A stretch of 62,716 nt of DNA, filler included, from Klebsormidium nitens (GCA_000708835.1; 5 parts of 5 records of this genome joined end to end with filler, not necessarily neighbours in it), one strand, 5' to 3'. Numbered from the whole stretch's first letter, positions 41,017 through 54,399 are shown. Made by a program: numbers and translations. Notes: generated by a model from the letters alone, not told the origin.

Positions 41017-43210
41017 CCTATATGGTCACCAAACATTAAGGTGCGCGGGATACAGTCTTCGGTACATGCACGTAGAATTGCCAGCGGGTAAGCGGTACCG
41101 TACCGTTCTACCGGTAGTCAGCGTGTCAGTCAGTCAGACTACTGAGAGTTTTAGTCCGGAGTGGGTCAGTCGGTTAGTCAGTCAGGCTGGTTAGGCTTAA
41201 ATTAGAGTATCCGCGAGCAGTCAGCCGGTCAGTCAGCCAGGCTAGTTAAGCCTACAGGGAAACAGTCAGCCGGTCAGTCAGTCAGGTCGGTTAGTCCGCC
41301 CAGTGACTGAAGGTCCAGTCAGCCGGTCAGTCAGTCAGGCTGCTCACGGCGATCAAGACAGCGGCCACTTAGTCAGTCAGTCAGTTAGTCAGCCAATGGT
41401 CTAGTGGTCAAGGGGACAGTGGGTTATAGGAACCGGAACACTTGAAATCTCCCCTGTGGACTAGATTAGCGTGGCGGTAGATAATGCTGACTTACCAATC
41501 TAGTCTACTTATCACAAGTAAGCTATTGGATGATTCGTACACAGCCAGCATGCCTAGTCCATGGAGATGAGCTAGAGCATGAAAAGAATTGATAGTGGCA
41601 CCGATGAACGGCGCAACTCGTGCTACTTTAATGCTTGCTACTGAGTACGAGAGTACGTTGCAATGATCTGGACTCCGGGAGGCCCGTCGCATGCAGAGGC
41701 GTCACGGTGTCGTAAATTGCGGACGAAGGTCGCGGGAAGTCGCAAAAAATTACGGAACGTTGCGGAGCATTGCAAGCGCATCTAAACAGATAACAGGCAG
41801 AGAATTTGCCGGGGGCTGAAAACATGTGTTGCAAACATGCAAAGATCTGTAAGGCTGCGATGAAAGTTGCGAAGGCCGCAAGACAAAGTTGTGGACCTGG
41901 CAATATTTCGTTGTATAAAGTCGCATAAGGTTCCTATTAAGATCAGTCGCAGGAGGTCACCCCTTAAGTCGCAGGCAACTTTGGCAACCTCCCGGGGAGT
42001 CCGGGGTCCAGGGTTGGCCTGACAGGCCTAGATTTCATAATTCAGGCATGTTGTTTGAATTTCATGGATTGGCTTTAATACGTACTGCAATATTCACAAC
42101 CAGCATTGCCTGAGAACTCGGAACGACCATCATCCCATCACTGATCAGTAGCGCCGCGCGCGCGTATATAGCAGATATGATAGCAGTGCACTAGCAGTCA
42201 TGTGCATTATTGTCCGTACTAGCCTCAGCATGCCTTACCGCCAAGGGAATGCGCAGCAATGTTGGTGTGAAAACTTGATTTCAGTGAGTCATAGCCTGGG
42301 GTTTCACCCGGGGCCCTGAAAGTGTATTGTTCATCTCAAAATGAGTGTAATTTGCTTTTCCCCACTTGAAGTCACCAAGAAGACTGTTTCTACGTTTACG
42401 CTTTCACTCCAAGTTGACATGAGTCGGGGTCCCATTTAGTTTCAAACAATTCACACTGAGGTGAATTCCCAGCTTGAATTGGCGGTACGGTGATAGTACT
42501 AGATACTAGTAGTACATACTACACTTTTTGGTACTTACCAGTAACCATATAGCTAGAAATAACTGGTAGTAGAATGGATACTGTTGTGATGACTCACGAG
42601 TGACGACTCACGAGGTCACAAGGCTCTGCCAATGACATCATGTCAGTACGAGTCGTACGACGTCACTACGGACCGTTGACCCTTTCGTTGACCTGCATGG
42701 TGCAAAAGTCAAAAGCCGGGGCCCCATGCAGGGGCGGGCCAGGGCCCCGGGGCCCGGGCCCAGGCTTGAGCACCTCAGGAGTCGGTACAGGCAGTTTTAA
42801 GAAATTAGTAGGGGCGGCGCCTCGGGGCGTGCCGCGCCGTCGAGGGCCGCGCTTTTGCGCCCCTGGCTTCTGGCCGGGGGCGATACAAGCTGCCCGGGGG
42901 CGTTCTGTGCCCGGTTTTGAACCCCCGCCTGCGCCAGTGCAGCGCCACTCTTAATACGGTAATGTTTAAACAGTAAAAACAGAATCGTTCGTATGAATAT
43001 TCAGGAATCAGGATCCAGGTGGCAGTTGGACGGGTCACGACTCACGGGCCGGGACTTTAGATAGGCACCCGGGAGACGGGTGGGGTTAGTATGAAGGTTA
43101 GGGTGAGTTTGGGTGCGGAGCAGGAGATTATCTGAGTTCAGATTTTTGGTTTGTTTGGTCGGGAATTGTGAATCTTAAGTCACTCACCCGTTAAGTCACC
43201 CCGGAGTTAC
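41017..43210. mobile_element. Non-coding repeat-rich block, probable transposon terminus or relic
   Basis: No credible ORF. Contains AGTC arrays, recurring GTCGCA motifs (41690-41975), GACTCACGAG repeats (42590-42615, ~43038) and GGGGCCCC-rich tracts (42715-42765). No TIR/TSD pair found. Confidence 0.35.
41115..41395 (+). repeat. (AGTC)n-based degenerate minisatellite
   Basis: CAGTCAGCCGGTCAGTCAG(T/C)CAGG occurs three times (~41218, ~41262, ~41316) among further AGTC runs. Confidence 0.85.
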
Positions 43211-43458
43211 AAGTGAATTCGAATGGCAGTACGGGTACACGCGGGGAGTATCTTTTCGATCCGGAAAAGGTTGCGTGCCATGACGGCATGCAAGCGTGCT
43301 GCATTGGCCAGCGCATCTTCCTGAGATCCTTGAGGTTTGCCAGACTCGATCAGCGAACGGACTCATTCGATCGCAGGGCGGCTGAGCTGGGTCCTACGAA
43401 TAGGACTAGTCACTACCGTACTTCGAGCCCACGGCCAAACTAAATCAAAAGTTGAAGG

Positions 43459-43633
43459 GCAGTACCGAGGGAGCACGCTGGAACGGCTGCAGGTGCCATT
43501 TTTCTGATTTCGATACTACTAGACAATACAAAGGAAGCGTGCTGCAGGCGCCAGTTTCCTGATCATCTCCAAACTACTAGGCAGTACAAAGGGAGCGCGC
43601 TGCAGGCGCCATTTCCCTGCCAGATCTCCAAAA
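43459..43633 (+). promoter_or_regulatory. Three-copy ~58-bp tandem repeat immediately upstream of an ATG
   Basis: Unit TACTAGRCARTACAAAGGRAGCGYGCTGCAGGCGCCA.TT.CCTG..ATCTCCAAA. The last copy ends directly at AAAAATG (ATG 43634). A regulatory role is inferred from position only. Confidence 0.55.
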
Positions 43634-46600
43634 ATGGCTGCCATCGCTCGTTTCAAGGCTGCGCAGCGCTCTTATCGGCTCCAGGAGCGCCTCCGCAACG
43701 TCAAAGACATGAGAGTCCGAGCTTTGAGCTTGATCTTTCTCCTTGCTGCAAGCGTCTTCCAGGGCGCGTCGGCGCAGCCGATCGGCTGCGTAGTGGATGG
43801 GGAATGTCTAGCTGGATCGTGCTGCACTGCAGCATCCACACGTGATCCAGGTAAGGGAAGGAGCCACGTCTCTTCGAGCTTTACTCCAGTGTTACTCGGA
43901 AAAGGTATAAAGACGCATGCCTTTGCCAAAAGACTCTGCTTGATATAGGCTGGAAAAAGCACCCCCCCTGACGCTTCCACCTGCCTTCAACTGCCCTGTG
44001 TCCAGATGCTGTGGCTGCTGATTGCCATTGCAAGAAGTCTGACTCTGAATGTCCTCACTGTATAATGCTTTCAATTCCTGCTCAGTTTCACAATGTGACA
44101 AGCAGCCTATGGTGTCACCTGGTTGTTAATGGACTGTGGCTGAACGCCCTCTGAACCAGCTTTGACAGCTTACACTGCTCCACTGCAACTGGAAAGAGAC
44201 ACAGAGCCTATTAATAGAGGATGACTTGTGAGTCACGTAAGGCGTTAGTATGAGTTTGGGCCTAGACTCTGAACATATTATGTGGCTTATTCCAGGGTAT
44301 TGTGGAACCACCTGCGGCACGCAGTGCTGCGCCGCCGAATTGAACATGGCATGCAGTGGCGATGCAGCTACATGTGGAGCAGGTGAGAATTGGTCACGGT
44401 TCAGCAGGATAGAGAGCTCTTTTCCGGGCGGGTTTTGGGCAGGCTTGCTTCCAAGTTCGGACTTTCTGCTTAGCTAATCCTTTGAGTTGCCTCCAAACTT
44501 CTTGCTTTGAGATGCCTCCAAGTCCTTGCTTAGAGGAAAGCTCCTATTTGCTTGTGTATGTATCATCATGTCTCGTGCCTGTGCTTGGAACATTGTAGTC
44601 CTTCTCAGTGTATTGGGCCTCCAAAAGAAAGGGAGAAATTTGCCGGCACAACAGAAGCTAGCTAATATGTTTCAAGCTCATCCACAGACGGGGGGGGGTT
44701 CCTCATATCTAGAGCAACAGCATGATGTGTTCCTCTTTACCAAGCCTGTGACTCGTCTCAATCTACAGGGTCAATTGGCGGAGAAGATCCCCATTTTGAA
44801 CTCACTGGACTTCCAAACGGCACAGAATTCACGTGGGATTTCCATGGCATTGGCAACCAAACGTATTGCATGGTTGCAGACTCCTTCCTTGGCGTGAGTC
44901 TGTGTTTTGCCCGGCCTTTGAACTTGACACTTCCTCCAAGTTGGAGTGGCAAAACAGACCCTGTGATTTGCTAAAAGGTTCAAAGGTATATTGAGGGAAA
45001 TTGTCATCCATTTTGCCCTGGGATTGAAAGATGGTCATCTTGTAGACCTGGAAGTGTTTCTGGATAGGGAACAGAAGACCGAGCAAGAATTAGTAACTGG
45101 TCAAGCTTTGCTGGCTTCTGATTACACATCTCTTGTTGTGAGTGTAACTAGCGCTGTAACAGCCTGAGGGCACTTTCCTAAACAGGGTTAGGAAGAGCAG
45201 ACGTTTCATGTGCAGATTCGTGTATGGTCAACCATTGCCTGCTTTACAAGTCTTGCAATTAGAGAAAGACGCAAGTTAATAGAAGTTCATGCGCATGCAG
45301 TGGCCACTAAGAAATCTTGGGTATTTAAAGCTAGGTGACACTTCATTCCGGGCACCCTGCACCAGAATATTCTTATATGTCGTCATTTGTCCCTGTGCAG
45401 ATGAATGTCCATATGTTCAGCAAGCCAGCTGACGTCACTATCTTAGAGCAAAGGGCAGAAGTTGACAATGACTTCTTTGAAGGTACTTGGATGGATGAGA
45501 TGGGAATTATGTACTTCAATGAGCACAGTGAGAAGCAAAGCCTGGAGATTGTGATGAATCACTCAATCGCACGCACTTCTGGAGACCCTCTCATCATCCG
45601 CTACCTTGGGAAGGATATCGCAACACACTTGGTGAGCTTTTCTCTTCTTGCATCTGAGTATACTCACAGTCAAGTATCTGTAGACTGAATTGCATGCCTT
45701 GGTCCTTTGGGTAGGCTGGGTTTGTTTCTCTGCTAGCTCACCACTGCTCAGATCACATTTGAGATTCCTGCCTGTTTGCATACATGCTGTCCCTTTTTTG
45801 ACTTATGCAGAGCTGACTCAACTGAAGCAACTCGGTCACAAGTATGTTGAGATTAGCCTTGCAATCAATCCTCTTCTCCTATGCAAAATTTAAGGCCAGA
45901 ACGTTAGTCAATGTCACATCATGAAAATGATCTTAATGCTTGTGAGCTTGAAAGGTGCGGTGCTTAATCTTAATTAGCCCGTATACTTGCTATCTGACAT
46001 GCCTCAGAGCAAATCTGGTTATCAAGAGGTCAATTTTGCTCATTCCGATCCTTGTTCATCTCAATATGCAGTTCAAGGAAGACGAAGTCAGCTGGACCAG
46101 TCCGGACAAGAGCATCATGGCAACTCGTTCTTCCAACTTCTCCGTCTCAATCTCCATCCCAAGTCTCCTAACCATGGAGGTCGAGGTGGAAAAAGAAACG
46201 GAGCTCATCACCGAGCCACCAATTTACTACCTCAACTTTAAAATCAAGATGATCGCCACGACGCCAAAAGTGCATGGAGTAAGTGCGAGCCAGTGGTCTT
46301 ACAACTTATGTATCTGCACTCCTGTTGGATATGGAGTCTGCAAATTCTCGTGATAGCCTGGCCCCAAACAAGATTCGAAGACAGCGAACATGTTTAGGGC
46401 TGATTGACGCATTCGATCAGCTAGATTCAAACCAGGTGACCCCTGAGCTTTTTGTACAGTGTGTGTAAATCTCAATCGATTGCGCACCGGTTGTTTAGTT
46501 CTTGCCCCTCTGCCCAATCTGACGTGTACGAGTAGGTTGGCTACTGATCTCTGAGATGGTTTGATCCTGTTAAAGTGTCCCGATTGTGGACGAATCATCT

Positions 46601-48909
46601 CATTCACAGGCAGGCAACACTAGCCAAAAAGTTTCATAGGTGCATCATGGGTAGTCCTGTACAAGTAGAACATTCCGAAGGCCCATGCGACCTTTCAGGA
46701 GCGTTTTTGAGAACCTAAATCAGAATACCAATGTGCATGTGCCATTTTCAAGTTGTTCGATTGACGTTGGTGCCATCGAATCGTCTGGACAAAATCCGAA
46801 CCACTAGTATTGTTTCGTTTCCATCACCAACTTTCTGAGATGGTAACCTTCGCTCATTTGAACTCTCATTTGAAACTCGTGCAGAGGATTAGTTGTGTCT
46901 AGGCATCATCTGCCCGTCAACCCTTCGCAAGCGTGTGTAAATTTGAAAGCCTAATTGCTGAGACAATCCCTTCCCTGCATGCAGTTTCTGGGCCAGATGT
47001 ATGCTCCCGGAGCGGTAGAGAAGCGCCTGAAAATGGGCACTCTTGACGGGTTTCATCACCGCGAGTACGTCGAAGGGCCGGACGAGGACTACCTGACTTC
47101 CAATCTGACCGAAACTGACTGCTCCTTCAACCGCTTTGGAACGGTGCGTGCTTCTTGCTCTGGTTTTCATGTCACTCTATTCACGTGCTCATAACCTTGT
47201 CATAAAGGTCGGCTTTGCCTTGAGCTCCAAACTGCTAAATGAGTGTTCTGTGGTTCTGCTCTTTGGTTGGCAGCTTCAGATTCAGAAACGTCGCGCCTGT
47301 AGAATGTGTAATTGCTCGCGGATACGAGAGAATTTTAAGCCACTGACTGATTGAGGCCATCCGAATGTGACAAAAATCCGGAGGCCGCTCGGAGTCTGGA
47401 CTTTTTCTCAAGCGTGCCCATTATACCATCGTCTGTCTAGCTTCTCGTTCTCTTCTACTTTTGGGCCCTTCCTGACAAGATTTAGATCTCTCTGCGCAAA
47501 CCTCTTCCATCCGATTCCGATCATGTTTTGACCTGTACTGAAGAATACTTTTCGACCCCCTACTTTCCTTTAGTCTCCTCGAAGCTTTAGATCGAAGAAC
47601 GATGTCTCTTTTGCCCGATCTGCATACTACGGATTTCAGTCTGACCGACTGTTGCTTAGCCTTCCGAGTCGGTACCACTGTAAGAGTGTAACCATCCTCG
47701 ACTTTAAATTTCCAACTTGCATTTCTTGGTACCCCACGTCCTGACCAGCTTCAATATTGCAGACAGCCTGGCTCCAGTTTCTCTGGAGCATTCCTTATAT
47801 TGAAATAGATGCCTAAGACTCGCGAGCTGTTTCTCTTCTGCTAATGGCTTATCCTTACATCCTTAAGTCCTTCTCTCTGAGAAAGCAGGCAATTCAATTT
47901 GGCTCGAAGCTTCGACTTGTATTCTGCTCTTTATCTTGACCTCTCAACGAAGCTTGCTAGTAGGTTTCGGGCCCATGTCCACTTATTCTCTATTGCTCCG
48001 ACTGTCCTGTCCCTTGCACCGGCTCGTGAGTTATACTATATGCAGAAGCATTCGCTTATACCTATGCAGAACCTCAGCGACGGCGAGACCGAGAGCGAGG
48101 TCGTGTTCGGCGCCTTCTCGTCCACCTCTGAGCGATCCGGAATTCCCGGGCGCCGACTCCTTAAAGCCACAACCGCTCGAGAGTCGCGCCGGCTTCTCGA
48201 AGCCATGACCCGGGGATCACAGTGCGAGTGCGTCCCCCTCTGCAATGGATCCCCGTGCACCGACTCCTGCTGCAACGGCGTGTGCACCAAAACCGACGGG
48301 GATGACGCAAACAACTGCGGGGGCTGCGGGGTTTCATGCAACGCCAACAACGCGCTTGGAACATGCGTTGCTGGCGTTTGCCAGTTCTTTGGCTGCCAAA
48401 CGACCTATGCTGATTGCAACTCGAACCTCCAGTCGGATGGCTGCGAGGTGAACCTGTTTACAGGAGAACCTATTCCAGGATCAGACGACATCCAAGGGTG
48501 CGGCTCCTGTGGAAGGTCCTGCTTACAATCTGAAATGAACGCGTTGCCACGGTGCTCGGGTTTCCAATGTGACTATGTTTTTTGCACAATCGGTTACGGG
48601 GACTGCGACGGGTTCCGGGCGAACGGGTGCGAGAGGCGTCTGGATGACGTCCAGAATTGTGGCGCGTGCAACAACCGCTGCTCTTCCCAGGGCGGCATAC
48701 CTTTTTGCCCCGGCGGCGGAATATGTGCCATTCAATGTAACTTTGGCCGGGGGGATTGTGACCGTGACGACGTCAACAGCCAAAATGGTTGCGAGACCGA
48801 CTTGACTACTATTCAAAACTGCGGAGGGTGCGGGATCCAGTGCCTTCAGCGTTCGTTTGCACCTCCACCCCAGTGTGTTAACCGGAATGGTAACCTGGTG
48901 TGCCTTTGA
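43634..48909 (+). CDS. Secreted protein with root-cap/VWD-like domain and C-terminal Stig1-like cysteine-rich repeats, 7 exons
   Basis: Signal peptide from Met 43709 (MRVRALSLIFLLAASVFQGASA). Exons 43634-43850, ~44237-44382, 44769-44893 (GEDPHF...WDFHGIGNQTYCMVADSFLG), 45401-45631 (MNVHMF...GTWMDEMGIMY), ~46071-46278 (YLNFKIK..TPKVHG), ~46985-47142 (FLGQMY) and ~48070-48909 with repeats C..GY(A/G)DCD..NGCE..L....NCG(A/G)C...C. Confidence 0.85.
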
Positions 48910-51799
48910 GGCCTTGGTAAGTATATGCGTGTGTGAATGCAGCTACGCCAATCAGTGCAGAACCAACATGTCGGAACATAGCTTTGAAAGTGGTCGAACC
49001 TTTGGTCAGCTGCAGGCTTTACTACTAATTTCAAAGTCGCCCAGGTTGGTGTTTGAACCCTTGGCCAGAGGACTCAATTTGCTCCCCAAGGATGGATTGG
49101 ATTGGTAGTTCTAACCGACACGCAGCCGTCGGGAGGAAAGTTCTCGTGCGAGCGATCGTGCCAAGCCTGGTGTCGGTCTAAGGCAGGAGCTAGAAAACTT
49201 TATTGCCCCTCGGCAGAACAACTCTCACGTCTTGAGAAGGCAATGATTTGATAGATGCATGATCGGACCGACGTTGGCTCTTGTTCCGTTAAGGAAGAGA
49301 TGGGACTGGGTACCTTAGATGCGGCTGGCAACGGCAATCAAGCTTGAATAGTAAAATAGTATCTTTCAATGTTGTTGATTGAACGTTTTTGTTTGCGCGA
49401 CCGGCCAGACCACAATGATTGACGTATAGCTTAGCGGTTAAAGGCTTCATGCACTGCCGGACCGTACGGTAAAACCGTGTGCATGCATGCCGCATTTAAA
49501 ATGTTTGGACCGGGAGGACTCCCGTCGTGCGCAGCTAGCGATCTTGTCGAAGTCGGATCACGCGGTGTCTCAAATTTTATTCACGTATCTAAGTTCACAA
49601 CCTGATTGATCATTTGAGTACATACGCGAAGATTCCTGTATCTTCGCTTAGATTAGAGGTTTCGTGGGCGCTGCACAATGAAGTTCGATAATCGTGCGGA
49701 CGATCGTCGACATACATGCATTCATAACCGGATTTGATAGTACATTGACTGGTGCAAATGACTCCTACGGGCCCCCGGCCTCAATCATTGGCCGTCCTCG
49801 TCATGCCAGCATGACGTGTCACGGTAAGTACGACGAGGGTCCATTGGTCACTTCCTCTTGAATAGCGCCCTAAACCGCGTGAAGACATTGGGCAACGTAC
49901 TGGTTGTCGAAGGGACAGGGGCACATTAATTAGTTATTTTTGCAGCTCAGGCAAGTGAGTCACGTCGAATGTCCTACCAGCTTCAAAACGCAAATCACAC
50001 TAGCTCAGATATGCAATCGTCCATGCATGCGGTTGAGTCTAGCCTAGGATGACTTGGCCCGTTCCGCCCGCTGCTAGCCTAGGCGTGGTGTCAAATGAGT
50101 CTCTTTTCAAGACCCAACCAGCCTCAAATTACGGCAGTGGGCCGCTGCCCCCATCTCGACCATATTCCTGCGAACACGAGTAGTGTACTACTCATCGCAA
50201 CCTCATTCTGGTATGCTCTTAATCAACAAGGGCCCGTGCAATTATACCGCCTGAACGTCATCCATGAAGTGCACCCGAGTGCATCGAGCTGGGCGCGCCC
50301 AAGTTCGAATCTCGCAGTCAAAGAGCGGCGCCTTGATGATTTTTCTCATGACGTCCTGCAAATCTGCAAGTCGGTGTGAATGAGGTCAAGTGCGGCCAAG
50401 CTTGATCCTGCAGGATCCGCCAGCCAACCGTTCCTTCAAAAGCGGCTAGCAATCTGGATGATGATAAGATCGGAAAGGAAGGCTGGTTTTTCCTTCGGCA
50501 CTTTCAGAGTAATCATTATTCGGCGTGCCATGTCCTCATGGAGACAGTATGTCTCGCCTTGACTCTGGTCCCTTTTGGCACCCAAGGGATGCACTGGGCA
50601 CTAATTTTGACCTCGATTGCTAAAAGCGTTATACTGAACGAATCATGTCAAGGAAGCCGTTTGAAGCTTCATTGAATGTTCCAGTACAGCAACAAGCTTT
50701 TCGTTGAAATCCGCAAAGGCGGGACGGAAACTCCGCCGTGAAAGTTCTTCACCTTCCCTTATGTTGCGGAAATTGCAGTCGGTGGGCGTTTTGAAAGGAA
50801 GTGGTTGAGGTGCTTCACCGGGCACGCCTTCCTTCATCAGCGACTTGAGCAGCCGCGCACTCCAGCTCTCTCATCGCAAACACCTCGCCAAAATTACCGA
50901 GAATGTGAAGTCAGCGGCGGGCGGGAAAACTCTTCTCTTGACGTCAAGTCAAAGCCAGACACCATGCCAGTGACAGCCGAGAAGAGGAGAATGCTTTTGG
51001 GTTCACTTGGGGTCTGAAAAGCGGGCAAGCAGTGCGGGGTCAGGTTGGGGCCGCGATAAAACGCGTGCTGGGATGCCGGGGTTTATGGCGAAACAAGCTC
51101 GTAGTGGTTTGATCGACGAATGCACGTTTCTACCGAAACCTGAAGTTGCACCGGAAAGCACTTTCTATCGGAGCTTCTCAATTTGACAAGTGAAAAGAAG
51201 CAACTTCTACGAACAGTCAAACTCGACGTTCGCAGTTCAGAATGTTGCCCAGATTCCAGTACCAGCGAGGCCTTGCCGTTGCAACTCTCACAAAAGCTCC
51301 TGGTACTGTGTAAAAAGTATGCGCTCATCCAAATGCGAAAAAGCATTTCAAAACAAGCAGAGAAGATTTCAACAATCGACTTTTACGCATAGCTAGTACG
51401 TGAAAGCAGATTGTCGGTGAGCCACAAGAAGAACGATAGCACGTATCCACTTTGGCACCGTTTCACGAAGTGGACCCACGAGGTAGGATATGACGCCGAC
51501 CTAAGAGTGCAGCGATTTGGGAGGTGCCGAAACCTGCAGCGTAACGGGCTTCCAAGATGCGGGCCTGCCATTCCGACTTTTTTTTTTTGAAGAAATTGCC
51601 TCGTTGTTTGTGCGATGAGGACGCAACTAAACCGGATCATCTTGCAGGGCTACAGACCGCATCCGAAAATGCCACACATGCGCCAACGATCGGCCATGAT
51701 GACAGCAACGAGAGGAGTTACTTGCTGAAGGCGGCCCTGTGCAAAACAGGACACGTGGGCGCACAACAAAACGACACGTGGCACCAGACCGGGCGCTCT

Positions 51800-53430
51800 A
51801 CTCACCGTGGGGCTGGTGACGATGACGGACTCGGTGGCCCCTGTATCACGAAAGATGCCCCGCACCTGGACCATGCGCTCCTTCAAATCCAGCTGCTCCA
51901 GCTTGTCCACCTACAAAAACGAAACCAGAATCAATTACCCTTTCCGAATTTCCACTTTCCGAATGCGAAATCCGAGCTTCTGACTTTCCGAATGCAAATG
52001 ATTATTTATTTAATCGGAATCATTACCTTGGACTACGGTATCTCGCGCTTCACATCATGTATTCGGTCTGACCGAGGCTTATGTGTTTTCTCATCTTAGA
52101 CCCTTCGAGACTCCCCTGCCAATCTCCTCAAAGGCAGAAACAACACTGCTGCTATGCTGGGCGCTCCTTCAGCTATTCCAGCTTGTTCACCTGCAAAACG
52201 AGAAACAGTCTGAGAGTCTCGTGCCTTGGTTATCTGACTTAGCCTCCCGAGGAAATCTCTGATACGAACGCATCTGCTGTCGATACTCCAGCTTATCCGA
52301 CGTGACGTCATCGGCTTCGGTCAAGGCGGCCCTCTATCTGGATTCCGACCGTTTCGAACAGCACCTTCGCGCCTTTTTCTCGTGGACGAAACGGCACTAG
52401 AGCTAATCATGAACCTAGGGTCGGCTCTCGAACTCTGACGATCATTGGTCTGACTGACAAGAAGCACGGGGCAGTCTGCGTGCAACCTGCTCCGCTTTGA
52501 TTCTTGCTCACAACACGGTCAAATCTAGAATGTGGCGACCTGACAAATCCTGACGGACCAAACGCGCCATCTGAACCCAGGGTCGCAACGGGATGACGGA
52601 GCAACGACCCCGCACCGAGTTCTTTCGTCAGAGCTATCTTCGCCGAGCTGTCGTTGCGCGCTGCCGGGCAACAAAGAATCAACTGACACACCCAAGAGTC
52701 TCCGCTTGAAAAGGCACTTGAAAAGGATCAACAGTAATTAGCGCTGCGCGGATCTTTCAACCCGGAACCGGAAGCAAACGCGCATACCAACAGACTTGCG
52801 CGCGCCGAAGAAACAAATTTTAAACACGCACCGCGTGCATGTGTCTCCTTGGACCTGTCGTCCTGCCCAAACACCGCCTCGATCGCCGCCGTCGCGCTCG
52901 AGAGCTTTTACTGCAACCGCTTGATCTTCCCGAGAGACGCGTCTGGGAAGTCGGGGAAGGGAAGCAGCCGGAGGTATGCCCGGTAGGGGCGGTGTCGAAG
53001 ATGATGCGCGTGAGCTTCTGGTACTCGGAGGCTTGAATGAACTGGACCACTTTGGAACCAGCTACCCGCTTCGTTCAGACCTGGTGAGAGAATTTCGAGT
53101 TTTAGTGGGTTTCGAGGCACTTAATCCAACCGTTTTGAGGTCTTGAACGGATCACGCAGAGCGAAAGTGGGCGGAGGGTACGCCAGGTTGGGACGGTCTC
53201 GAAGATGATGCACGTGAGCTTCCGGCACTCGGAGGCTTGAATGAACTGGACGACTTTGGAACCAGCTACCCGCCTCGTTCAGACCTGGTGAGAGACGTTC
53301 AAATTCCAGTGGGTTTCGAGGCAGTTACTTCAACCCGTTTTGAAGTTTTGAACTGGTTACGCAGAGCGACCAAAGCGGGCGGAGGGCGTGTGCGGTAGGG
53401 GCAGTGTCAAAGATAACGCACGTGAAACTA
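51800..53430 (-). pseudogene. GET3/ArsA-family ATPase (organellar GET3b/c-like) pseudogene fragments
   Basis: GLNEA/VAGSKVVQFIQASEYQKLTRIIFDTAPTGHT/LRLLPFPDFPDASLGKIKRLQ*KLSSATAAIEAVFG has two frameshifts and a stop. A downstream exon reads VDKLEQLDLKERMVQVRGIFRDTGATESVIVTSPTV. The N-terminal P-loop exons were not found. Confidence 0.85.
52975..53430. repeat. ~205-bp-period tandem repeat (2 full copies plus 1 partial) containing the GET3 DTAPTGH exon
   Basis: GAAGATGATGCGCGTGAGCTTC at 52997, GAAGATGATGCACGTGAGCTTC at 53201 and AAAGATAACGCACGTGAAAC at ~53409. Confidence 0.9.
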
Positions 53431-54399
53431 TGGGCATTAAGGAGATCCGCTACCGCCTCGTCTAAAACGGCGCAACTTTCTCGACTTTGATCCTCTTGCC
53501 TTTGGAACAACAAAAGCGATGGGTCGCCGGTACCTGAATGGCCTTCAGCACTTGGGTTGAATGTAAGGCTCTATGGAATCCAGCGAGCCACGGTTTGAGC
53601 ATCCCGTCTCCGCCTATGCCCTTTGAAAACTGGAAATGTTCAGAAGCAATCTGGCGGAAGAGAGATGCTTGCCTCCACGAGCCTTTTCACATCCGTCTGC
53701 TTTTAGAGAAACAACCGTGCTGTTATCTAGGATGCAACCATGATGTCTCCCAAACCCTTGGTTCCGGTCAACTTCGTTATAACTCGAGAAACGGAGCATG
53801 TATGGTGCGAACCTGGCGGGAATGACTAGAAGCAAGCAAACGCAAGCGGTACGAACTTGCTGTGGAATCACTGCACGAAAGGAGTTAATCAAATTATGCC
53901 ACTTGCCGGCCAGATCGTTCACGCTCACTTCTCGACAATATGTGCTCTTAATCAGTGAAGAAAGGCATGGCTGGATGAAGGCTAAACATTTCAGGTCAAG
54001 CGCTAGAAAAGTGCAACAGAATCTGGGAGTCACGTCCACAGAATAGCTGATGGCATCAGGGAGAGCACCGATTCCACTGAAAATCTCGTTTGCAGACAGA
54101 GTAAGTTCAAATCTGAGCTGGTTCCAGATTCAGTTTTCGGCAGAAGGCACCCGGACGTAGGCAGAAGTGTGATCCACATATAAGCTCTCAAAATAGATCT
54201 CAGACCCATTCACGAGTCCTACTCATCATTGTCAAAGCCACGCAAGCTCAGAAACGAGCAGCGAAGCAAGAAGTCACGGACTAGCAGCTTGGCACCATTA
54301 CCAAGCGAACGTGAGCGGTATTAAACAATGAAAGCCGGCTTCAAAAAACACCAAAGTCACCAAGCACGCCGCGACTCTTCAGGTGCAGTTTTGAAGTGT

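Noticed and set aside
41115-41395. Repeat-spacer appearance resembling a CRISPR array
   Set aside because: The units are AGTC microsatellite derivatives with irregular, self-similar spacers. There are no cas genes and the context is eukaryotic.
41990-42320. CAGGGTTGG ... GGGCCCTG as a possible hAT TIR pair
   Set aside because: Only 5 bp of complementarity and the flanks do not form a TSD.
44829-45086. 85-aa - strand ORF as a nested gene
   Set aside because: It overlaps the + strand exon 44769-44893 of the root-cap-domain gene, which explains the region.
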